From positions 29,195 to 93,194 of the forward strand of contig JAIUNR010000008.1 of assembly GCA_020161575.1 (NCBI GenBank): a stretch of DNA of 64,000 nucleotides, written 5' to 3'. Shown here one piece after another: positions 57,301 to 64,000 of the stretch. Under the pieces are notes generated by a model. It made no database searches and had not been told where the DNA came from. It saw nothing but the letters and a program-made list of their open reading frames with translations. Both the position numbers and the translations under genes were made by a program. The first letter of the stretch is position 1. Each line of letters starts with the position of its first letter. The DNA comes from Pseudomonadota bacterium. Its GTDB lineage: Bacteria; Pseudomonadota; Alphaproteobacteria; Rhizobiales; Beijerinckiaceae.

Positions 57301-60300
57301 ATCAGCCCGGCGAGCCCCGCAGCGCTGCCCAGATGCCCGATCTGGCTCTTGAGCGCGCTGATCGCGCAGCTTCCGGGTTCGGTATGGGGGGCGAAAGCCT
57401 GCGTGAGCGCGGCGATCTCGATGGGATCGCCGAGGGCGGTCGCGGTGCCGTGGGTCTCGACATAGCCGATCTCGGCCGGCGAGATCGCGGCCCTCTCCAT
57501 CGCCGCCGCGACGACCGCCGCCTGTCCGGCGACGGCGGGAGCGGTGAACGCTACCTTGGCGCGCCCGTCATTGTTGATGGCGCTGCCCTTGATGACGGCG
57601 AGAACGCGGTCCGAATCCGCCAGGGCGGCGGCGAGCGGTTTGAGCACGACCAGCGCGTAGCCATTGGCGGGAACGGTGCCGCCGGCCTTGTCCGAGAAGG
57701 GCCGGCAATGCCCGTCCTTCGAGAAGATATGGCCGGGCTGGTAGGCATAGCCTTCGAGCACGTCGGCGTTGATGGTCGCGCCGCCGACCACGCACAGATC
57801 CGCCTCGCCCGCGCGCAGTTGCGCCAGGGCGAGATGAACCCCCACGAGCGAGCTTGAACAGCCGGTCTGGACCGTGAAGGCCGGGCCGCGCAGATCGAGC
57901 AGATGGGCGATGCGCGTAGCGAGAAAGTCCTTCTCGTGCATCAGCGAGAGGTTGAACGGCGTCGTGCCCGGCGGACGGGCATAGCCACCGTCGAGCAGGT
58001 GATGGTGGTGGCTGTTCTCGCTGCTCGAAAGGATCAATCCCACGCGCGCATGGCTGCGGTCTCGCCAGTAGCCCGCATTTTGCAGCGCATGGACCGTTCC
58101 CATCAGCAAATGGCGCTGCTGCGGGTCCATCACCAGCGCGTCGGCGGCGCTGATCCCGAAATAGCTGGGGTCGAAATCGAAGACGCCTTCAAGGCTCGCG
58201 CTTGCCTTGACCCAGCCCTCACGATCGGCGTCGCCGACCGTGATCCCTGGCTCGCCCCTGCGCGTCCTATCCCAGAATTCGGCGGGTGAGTTGGCGCCCG
58301 GAAACCGCAAGGTCATGCCGACAAGCGCGACATCGCCCTCGGCGTTGCCGGCGGCGCCGGCCTCGCGCGCTGCCGGCAGCGCAACCGGGGCCTGCCCCGC
58401 GATGAAGGCGGCGAGATCGTCCAGCGTGGGATGCGCGAAGAAGTCGACAAGGTTGAGCCCTTCGAAACGCTGCTTCAGCCCGGCATGGATCTTCATCAGC
58501 GCGAGCGAACCGGCGCCGGCCTCGAAAAAATGCTGATCGTTCTCGATGGGATAGCCGAGAACCGCCTCGAAGGCGCGGCCGAGTTCGGCGGCGATCGCCT
58601 CGGCCTGCGTTTCCGCCGCCGGGACGGCGGCAGGGCGGACCGGCGAGAGGTCCGGCGTGTCGTCGAGACGTCGGCGCAGGGCGGCACGATCGACCTTGCC
58701 GTTCTCGTTGAGCGGCAGCGTATCAAGAACGCGGATGCGGCGCGGGACCATGAAATCAGGCAGGCGCGCGGCGAGATGCGCCCGCAGCATCGCTTCGAGC
58801 GCGCTCGCCTCCCCGGAGGCGGCGGGGAGCACGAATCCCGCCAGCGCCTGGCCGCCGCCCGCCTCCTCGCTCACCAGCACCGCCGCGCCGTGCACGCCTT
58901 CATGCGCCGCGAGCGCGGCTTCGACCTCGCCCAGCTCGATGCGATAGCCGTTGACTTTGACCTGATCGTCGAAGCGGCCGAGGAAAACCAATTCGCCATC
59001 CGCCCGGCGCATCACCTTGTCGCCCGTACGGTAGAGCCTTCCGGCGCCTCCCGCGAAGGGATCGGCGACGAAACGCGCGGCGGTAAGGTTCGGCCGGGCG
59101 AGATAGCCGTCGGCCAGCCCCGCGCCGCCGATATACAATTCGCCGGCTTCGTCCGTCGCGCAGGGTTCCATCTCCTCGTCGAGGATGTGGAGGGTAGTGT
59201 TGCGGATGGGGCGGCCGATCGGCACCGCCTCTTCCGGCGCAATCGCATCCGCCGCCGTGAAGAAGAAGGTCGAACAGCCGACCGTGGTTTCCGTCGGCCC
59301 GTATTCGTTGACGAAGGTGGCTTCCGGCAGCAGCGCGGCCCAGCGCGCCGCGAGCGCGCCAGCCCATTGCTCGCCGCCCACGACCAGCACATGCGGTGTC
59401 TGGCTTGGCGCGCGGCTTTCGGCATAGGCGATGGCGCTGGCGAGATGCGCGGGAGTGAGCTTGAAAAGGCGCGGTTCCGCCTCGAAAAGGGCGGCGACGA
59501 TCGCCTCGATATCGTTGCCGTCCGGGCTGGGAAGATCCACCCGCCTGCCGGTGATGAGCGGCGCGACAAGGCTCGTGACCGTCGCGTCGAAATTGAGCGA
59601 GGTCGTCACCAATGCGGCGCGGATCGCGGGGAGGAAATAGGCGTCGCGCGCGTGGCACAGGTAATTGACCACCGCGCGATGGGGCAGCACCGTGCCTTTG
59701 GGCTGCCCGGTGGAACCGGATGTATAGATGACATAGGCCTCCCCCTTCGCTTTCATGGCATGCGGGAAGGGGCTGGCGGGCGCAGCGGCGAGGTCGGCCT
59801 CGGTTTCCGGCGTATCGATCAGCAATACCGGGCAAGGTGGCCGGGAGAGCGCGCCGCTCAGGCCAACACGCGAGACGATGAGCCGGAGCCCGGAATCGCG
59901 GATCATGAAATCGAGCCGTGCGGCGGGATAGGCGGGGTCGAGCGGGACATAGGCCGCGCCGGCTTTGAGGATCGCCAAAAGCGTGATGACCATTTCCGGC
60001 GAGCGGTCGAGCGCGATGCCGATGCGACCGCCCGGCCCGCCGGCGCGGGCCGCGATGAGATGGGCAAGCCTGTCGGAGGCTTCATCGAGCGCGCGATAGC
60101 TCAGGAGGCGGTCTCCGGCCTGCAGCGCGGGCGCGTCCGGCGTCCGGCGCGCCTGTTCGCGGAACAGGGTTTCGATGCGCGCATCCTCGGGAAAGGGCAT
60201 GGCGGTCGCGTTGCGCTCCCGCATCACCGCCTCGCGCGCCTCGGCGAGGCAGGTGGCGAGCGTTTGGGCGAGCGGCGCCTCTGGCGTGCTTGAGGCCCGC

Positions 60301-63300
60301 GCGATCAGGTCGGCATAGGCGCGCGCGAGACAGGCGATTGTTTCAGCGCTGAAAAGCGAGCTGTCATATTCCACGAGGCCGGCGAGACGCGCGCCTTCGG
60401 CATGGAGGAAGAAGGTCAGCGGGAATTTGGCGTCGCAGCGCGTCACCCAGCGGAAACGGGTGTCGAGCCCTTCAAGGTGCAAACGGGTGTGATCGGTGTT
60501 CTCGAGCACGAACATCGCCTCGAAAAGCGGGCCCGTGACGCCCGCCTGCCGCTGGTCGTCGGAGATGTGATCATAGCCGACGAGGTGGTTTGCGCGCAGC
60601 GTTTGCGCGCTCTCTTCCGCCTTCTCCATCCATTGCGCGAGGCTCATGCCGGGGGAAGGCGCGTAACGCGCGACGAGCGTATTGACGAACATGCCCGCCG
60701 CCCGGTCGAAATCGCGATGCGGCCGGGTTCCGAAGGGCACGCCGAGGGCGATCCCGGGCTTGCCGGCGTGATGCGCGAGCAGCGCCGCGAAAAGCCCCGA
60801 GAGCAGCGAGAACGGCGAAATCGACCGCGCCGCGCAGGTGCGCTCGAAAGCCGAGGCAACCGCAGGAGGAAGATCGAAGGCGTGATAGCGCCCGCTCATG
60901 GCATGTGGGAGATAGGCCGTGCCCGCCCCGCGCGGAAGGTCGGCGAGGCTTTCGCGCCAGAAAGCGCGTTGGCGGATGTAATCGGGTGTCCCGGTCAATG
61001 CGCGCTGCCACTCGGCATAGGCGCCGTAGCCGTGCGCCGGCAGGGATTCGGGGAGGCTCGCGCCTGATTTCAGCGCGGCGTAATCTCGGCTGATCTCCTC
61101 GAGCAGGATATTGAGCGACCAGCCATCGACCGCGATATGATGGAGGCACAGCAGCAGGGTGACCTTGCCCGCGGCGCCCGCGACAAGGGCGCCGCGCATC
61201 AGTGGCGCCTCGGCGAGATCGAAGGGCCGGGCGAAGAAATCCTGCTCGAAGCGCTGCCGCGCGACGGGAGCGAGATCGCGGCGCAGATCGAGCCCCAGCG
61301 GGGCGGCGGGCATTTCCTCCGCCCAAACCGTACCTTCCGCCTCGCGATAGCGCGTGCGCAGCGCGCCGTGGCGTTTCACGAGCGCCTTAAGGGCACCCTC
61401 CAGCGCCGGGATATCCGGCATGGCATCAAGATCGAAGACGAGCGGGATCGAATAGGCGGTCGAGCCGGGCTGCATGGCCTGCGCAAGCCACAGGCGGCGC
61501 TGTTCGCCCGAGACTTCGTAACGCGTGGGCGAAACCGCCGGCAAGGCGGGGAGCGCCTGCGCCTCCCCCCCTTCCTTTTGCGCCTTGAGGCTGGCGGCGA
61601 GATCGGAAAGGCTGGCCGCCTCGATCACCGCCTTGAGCGGGACCGCGATCCCGAGCCGCGCCGAAAGCGTGTTGGCGAGCTGGCTCGCTTTCAGCGAATC
61701 GCCGCCGAGCGCGATGAACCCCGCCGAGGGGTCGAGCGCGGCGCGACCGAGGATCGTGGCGCAATCCGCAAGGATCGCGCCGGTGAAAGCGTTGAGCGCT
61801 GCCGGGCTCGCCTGCCCTTCCCCGCCTGGTAGCTCCATGCCGGAACCCGCGAGCGCGGCGCGATCCACCTTGCCATTGGCGTTGATCGGCAGGGAATCGA
61901 GCTGAAGGAAACGATGCGGAATCATCGCCGCCGGCAGGGTTTCGGCCAGATGCGCGCGCAGGGCCGCCTGCGTCGTTGCCGCCTTGAGGACGAGATAGGC
62001 GCAAAGATCGCCCGCCACCAGCGCGAGCGCCGCGTGACGGATGGCGGGATGCGCGAGCAGCGCCTGCTCGATCTCGCCGAGTTCGATGCGAAAGCCGCGC
62101 AGCTTGATCTGGTCGTCGATGCGCCCGGCATGATGGAGATTGCCGGTCTCGTCGAACCATCCGAGATCGCCGGTGCGGTAATAGAGCCGCGCGGTGCCGT
62201 CCGCTTCCCGAAGCGTGACGAATTTCTCCGCGGTAAGGTCGGGCCGGCCGATATAGCCGCCGACAACCCCGCTGCCGCCGATGAGGATCTCGCCGGTGCC
62301 GTTTTCGCCTTCGCCGAGCCGGATGGGCGTATCACGCAGAGGGCGGCCGATCGGCAGCGATGGAACGCCCGCCTGCGCACGCAGCGCCGCCTGGTCAATT
62401 TCGTGGAAGGTCGCGAAGGTCGTCGCTTCCGTGGGGCCATATATGTTGACGAGGCGGCACCTCGCTTCGGGATGCGCGGCAAGGAAGGCGCGCACCAGGG
62501 CGCCGTTCGCGCTCTCGCCGCCGAACAGCACCTCGCGCATGGCGAGGATGATGTCGGGCCGCTCGACAAGGAGGAGGTTGAACAGACCTGTCGTGATGAA
62601 GGCGACATCGACCGGCGTTTCCGCCAGACTTTCGGCGAGACGCGGCAGATCGAGCATTTCTTCCTGCGGGATCGAGACAAGCGCGGCGCCGTTGAGCAGC
62701 GCGCCCCAGATCTCGAAGCTCAGAGCATCGAAGGCCGGATTCGAGAAATGGGCGACGCGGTCGCCGGGCGAGATCGTCACGTAATCGGGCCGCAAAGCCA
62801 TGCGGATCAACCCGGCCTGCCCCACGCGCATGCCCTTGGGCGTGCCTGTCGTGCCCGAGGTATGGAAGATGCAGGCGGGTCTTGCGGCATCGACCGGCGG
62901 CAGCACGCCGCTATCGGGAACGAGCGCCGCGAATTCGGCGGGCGCCAGCACGCGGCAGGGCGCAAGTGGCGCCTTCCGCGCCGAGATGAGAAGCGTGGCC
63001 TCGCAGATCGCGAGGATATCCGCGAGGCGCTTTTCGGGCATCCGCGTGCCGAGCGGCAGGAAGATTCCGCCTGCCTTGAGCACGCCGAGCACGAGGGTCA
63101 GTAGCGCCCAGGAGCGCTCGCGTTCGAGCGCCACGACATCGCCGGGGCGGATGCCCGCCGCGATCAGCCGGCGGGCGCAAAGCTCGGATTCGCGCGCCAG
63201 ATCGGCATAGGTGAAGCGCGCCGCCCCTTCGATGAAGGCGATGCGTCCGGGCGCCGCCGCGACCTGCGCGGCGAAGAGGCCGAGCAGCGATTGCTGGTTC

Positions 63301-63308
63301 CGGGTCAT
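54303..63308 (-). CDS. Hybrid NRPS-PKS megasynthase, A-T-C-A-T-KS-KR-T-TE (about 3001 aa, no AT domain)
   Basis: A1 (HTSGTTGTPKG, YGPTE, YRTGD), T1 (LGGDSL), C (HHIAVDG), A2 (YTSGSTGQPKG, YRTGD), T2 (AGAGSL), KS (QTGCSSSL, ETHGTAT, KSQIGH), KR (VTGGGGGIG, YSAAN), ACP (LGGDSL), TE (GWSYG, ADHY). Start MTRNQ at 63308 overlaps the upstream stop. Confidence 0.95.
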   Translation of the reverse strand: MTRNQQSLLGLFAAQVAAAPGRIAFIEGAARFTYADLARESELCARRLIAAGIRPGDVVALERERSWALLTLVLGVLKAGGIFLPLGTRMPEKRLADILAICEATLLISARKAPLAPCRVLAPAEFAALVPDSGVLPPVDAARPACIFHTSGTTGTPKGMRVGQAGLIRMALRPDYVTISPGDRVAHFSNPAFDALSFEIWGALLNGAALVSIPQEEMLDLPRLAESLAETPVDVAFITTGLFNLLLVERPDIILAMREVLFGGESANGALVRAFLAAHPEARCRLVNIYGPTEATTFATFHEIDQAALRAQAGVPSLPIGRPLRDTPIRLGEGENGTGEILIGGSGVVGGYIGRPDLTAEKFVTLREADGTARLYYRTGDLGWFDETGNLHHAGRIDDQIKLRGFRIELGEIEQALLAHPAIRHAALALVAGDLCAYLVLKAATTQAALRAHLAETLPAAMIPHRFLQLDSLPINANGKVDRAALAGSGMELPGGEGQASPAALNAFTGAILADCATILGRAALDPSAGFIALGGDSLKASQLANTLSARLGIAVPLKAVIEAASLSDLAASLKAQKEGGEAQALPALPAVSPTRYEVSGEQRRLWLAQAMQPGSTAYSIPLVFDLDAMPDIPALEGALKALVKRHGALRTRYREAEGTVWAEEMPAAPLGLDLRRDLAPVARQRFEQDFFARPFDLAEAPLMRGALVAGAAGKVTLLLCLHHIAVDGWSLNILLEEISRDYAALKSGASLPESLPAHGYGAYAEWQRALTGTPDYIRQRAFWRESLADLPRGAGTAYLPHAMSGRYHAFDLPPAVASAFERTCAARSISPFSLLSGLFAALLAHHAGKPGIALGVPFGTRPHRDFDRAAGMFVNTLVARYAPSPGMSLAQWMEKAEESAQTLRANHLVGYDHISDDQRQAGVTGPLFEAMFVLENTDHTRLHLEGLDTRFRWVTRCDAKFPLTFFLHAEGARLAGLVEYDSSLFSAETIACLARAYADLIARASSTPEAPLAQTLATCLAEAREAVMRERNATAMPFPEDARIETLFREQARRTPDAPALQAGDRLLSYRALDEASDRLAHLIAARAGGPGGRIGIALDRSPEMVITLLAILKAGAAYVPLDPAYPAARLDFMIRDSGLRLIVSRVGLSGALSRPPCPVLLIDTPETEADLAAAPASPFPHAMKAKGEAYVIYTSGSTGQPKGTVLPHRAVVNYLCHARDAYFLPAIRAALVTTSLNFDATVTSLVAPLITGRRVDLPSPDGNDIEAIVAALFEAEPRLFKLTPAHLASAIAYAESRAPSQTPHVLVVGGEQWAGALAARWAALLPEATFVNEYGPTETTVGCSTFFFTAADAIAPEEAVPIGRPIRNTTLHILDEEMEPCATDEAGELYIGGAGLADGYLARPNLTAARFVADPFAGGAGRLYRTGDKVMRRADGELVFLGRFDDQVKVNGYRIELGEVEAALAAHEGVHGAAVLVSEEAGGGQALAGFVLPAASGEASALEAMLRAHLAARLPDFMVPRRIRVLDTLPLNENGKVDRAALRRRLDDTPDLSPVRPAAVPAAETQAEAIAAELGRAFEAVLGYPIENDQHFFEAGAGSLALMKIHAGLKQRFEGLNLVDFFAHPTLDDLAAFIAGQAPVALPAAREAGAAGNAEGDVALVGMTLRFPGANSPAEFWDRTRRGEPGITVGDADREGWVKASASLEGVFDFDPSYFGISAADALVMDPQQRHLLMGTVHALQNAGYWRDRSHARVGLILSSSENSHHHHLLDGGYARPPGTTPFNLSLMHEKDFLATRIAHLLDLRGPAFTVQTGCSSSLVGVHLALAQLRAGEADLCVVGGATINADVLEGYAYQPGHIFSKDGHCRPFSDKAGGTVPANGYALVVLKPLAAALADSDRVLAVIKGSAINNDGRAKVAFTAPAVAGQAAVVAAAMERAAISPAEIGYVETHGTATALGDPIEIAALTQAFAPHTEPGSCAISALKSQIGHLGSAAGLAGLIRAALARYHGVIPPSLGYDAPNPGIDFAATPFKVATRALEWPRTRPYAGVSSFGMGGTNAHVILGQAPPAAPATIRHAHHCLLLGARSESALRALAQHLAGYLEDNPHHLAGVAAWCLRNASDDSWRGALVVSSADEAIALLQGLAPTACAPAEAGAQPPGGTPMQIAAFWLQGGSAHLLPKAPHAPIPWDMPEYPFDLAPFRLEAGQGAGKPAIARQERAAWFHQPGWARLRRIPRGGENGAIAPIEAALRAPGIRTFRLPDAPPANPQAVGDLLRRHCPAEGDMHLVQTLPLPEPDGEGAEALFTTLMVLVQGWEMAFGKRSLDLTLLTHGAFERGEGAWAEMLAAPMRAIRVEYPRIRLRLIDLPEAPDDAMLACLAGREGFEAEGPLALRAGHIWQHGLQRVEIPATLPSRLRPDGVYLVTGGGGGIGRAIITRLLEAPGRRVIAFSRRAGMADLDPRVIRIDGDIADPAAVAALAERIRAEFGSLAGIIHAAGDAGGGLIALKNPAMLQAALAAKVTGARLLMRHLAPLTKDAIILCSSLSALIPVAGQYGYSAANAFLDALALAKGEGGPDVISINWPAWRGIGMSAALGGQRNALADLATRADLNAISTEEGWEILETALTLGLPRLVVSPLPPEEIGKLLSERHITEAASASQGRAPEAVIAEIYARFTGTADPARDISFYDLGGDSLAALDLVDALNTALDLRLALPALPVDFSLADLLEAAAGGASKESAASGHCVRLLRAGAGGEPVFLIHPVGGDLLCYRDLVRAIDPASAVYGIEDPDLESGAAAPRTIEAAARAYLAGIRDIARTGNIRLAGWSYGAAIAYEIARLLTGESPTVARLVLIDPPVFDDRLREDDEALKQSFLAEMQLRRRLDPKLAEGPDPGAHPYIRKILALCARNSRSLVGYRPRQRLVAQSVLFVAGQEPDGRERPAAIREEMVRTWRQVAAGAFHAATLRADHYSILEPVHAARIAEALNRTNHDSRQATHA

Positions 63309-64000
63309 GCGCTTCTCCCGCGGGTGAGGATCGGGCTCGGCGCGTTGAGCACCTGTTCGATGATGGCGCCGACACGCCGGACATCCGCGCCTTCGAGGAT
63401 GGTCGCGTGGTCGCCTTCGGTGCATTTCACCCACATGCCGCCCTGGGCGCGCTGGCGCCAGAAATGCCGGAGGTAATGCAGCTGATACTTGTTGCGGCCC
63501 TTCATCGCCTGCACGAGCACGAAAGGCGCCGGGCTCGGCTGGCAATCATAGGTGCGCGTGCACAGCGTGTTGTGGTTGTAGAGGCGGTGATATTGCTCGA
63601 TCTGGGCATTGTCGATGCCCGGATACATGCCGTTGTACTTCACCAGTTTCTCGCGGAATTCCTCCAGATTGGTGGTGGATTTGTCGTTGCGGATGGCGGG
63701 ATCGTCCATGCCCATGCTGTCGAGCAGCACCGCGACGGAGTTGCGGTTCCCCGCCATGTGCAGCCGCCGCGACATCTCATAGGAGACGAAGCCGCCGAAG
63801 GAGGCGCCGGTGAAGACGCAGGGGCGGTCGAGCAGCGGCTCGACCAGCTTGAGATAGTAATCCGCCATGGCGCCGACATCGGGCAGGAACTCCTCGCCCG
63901 GCAGCACGCCGACCGATTGCACCCCGTAGACCCCGAATGCCTCCGGCAGCTCCTTCGCCAGCGAGAGATAGCAGAAGGCCGTGCCGCCCGCCGGATGGAT
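63305..64000 (-). CDS. Type I thioesterase domain, C-terminal part of a gene starting beyond the right edge (probably another NRPS/PKS)
   Basis: The frame is open to the window edge: IHPAGGTAFCY...FTGASFGG (G-x-S-x-G)...LLDS...EGDHATIL. Confidence 0.85.
   Translation of the reverse strand: MHPAGGTAFCYLSLAKELPEAFGVYGVQSVGVLPGEEFLPDVGAMADYYLKLVEPLLDRPCVFTGASFGGFVSYEMSRRLHMAGNRNSVAVLLDSMGMDDPAIRNDKSTTNLEEFREKLVKYNGMYPGIDNAQIEQYHRLYNHNTLCTRTYDCQPSPAPFVLVQAMKGRNKYQLHYLRHFWRQRAQGGMWVKCTEGDHATILEGADVRRVGAIIEQVLNAPSPILTRGRSA

Noticed and set aside
54303-63545. ORF-track start of the megasynthase at 63545 (3080 aa)
   Set aside because: The first 79 codons overlap the upstream TE gene in another frame; ATG 63308 overlapping its stop is the plausible start.
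24-63879. Many long ORF-track entries antisense or frame-shifted to real genes (e.g. 9731-12343 minus, 55071-57857 plus, 58431-60293 plus, 25411-27039 minus)
   Set aside because: Shadow ORFs expected in high-GC coding DNA: Arg/Ala/Gly-rich, no family motifs, fully overlapping well-supported genes.
1-64000. CRISPR array, tRNA, rRNA or IS/transposase
   Set aside because: No regularly spaced repeats, cloverleaf or rRNA-like segments, or DDE/HUH transposase motifs were seen by eye; a covariance-model scan would be needed to exclude small RNAs fully.

Overview
High-GC alphaproteobacterial (Hyphomicrobiales-like) secondary replicon, spanning a complete repABC origin at 17.2-21.2 kb. Left to right: (i) catabolic/uptake genes (1-17.2 kb): anmK coupled to Opp/Dpp-type ATPases, a PP2C-like phosphatase heading a carbohydrate ABC operon, an RpiR regulator, and a second peptide ABC system with an alpha/beta hydrolase and a DmpA-type peptidase; (ii) repABC with a parS-like palindrome and antisense ctRNA; (iii) a C-P lyase phosphonate operon (phnCDEE-GHIJKL-acetyltransferase-MN-DUF1045, no phnF/phnP) with two candidate Pho boxes; (iv) an accessory mosaic (32.5-43 kb) with a tyrosine recombinase / DUF1403 / orphan ScpB module, recombinase-core-like palindromes, two intact toxin-antitoxin pairs plus a remnant, and a TetR-SRPBCC-VOC-DUF1428 operon; (v) a C39 peptidase ABC transporter plus HlyD adaptor with three dissimilar double-glycine-leader peptides; (vi) a biosynthetic gene cluster that runs off the right edge: a divergent argininosuccinate-synthase-like enzyme, amidase, type II thioesterase, SyrD/PvdE-type exporter, methyltransferase, a ~3000-aa hybrid NRPS-PKS (A-T-C-A-T-KS-KR-T-TE, no AT) and a second upstream TE domain. 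The best candidates for undescribed biology are the NRPS-PKS/ArgG-like/amidase cluster, the three-peptide export locus and the recombinase-DUF1403-ScpB module. No rRNA, tRNA, CRISPR array or transposase was recognised. All family assignments are from motif recognition by eye; no database searches were run.
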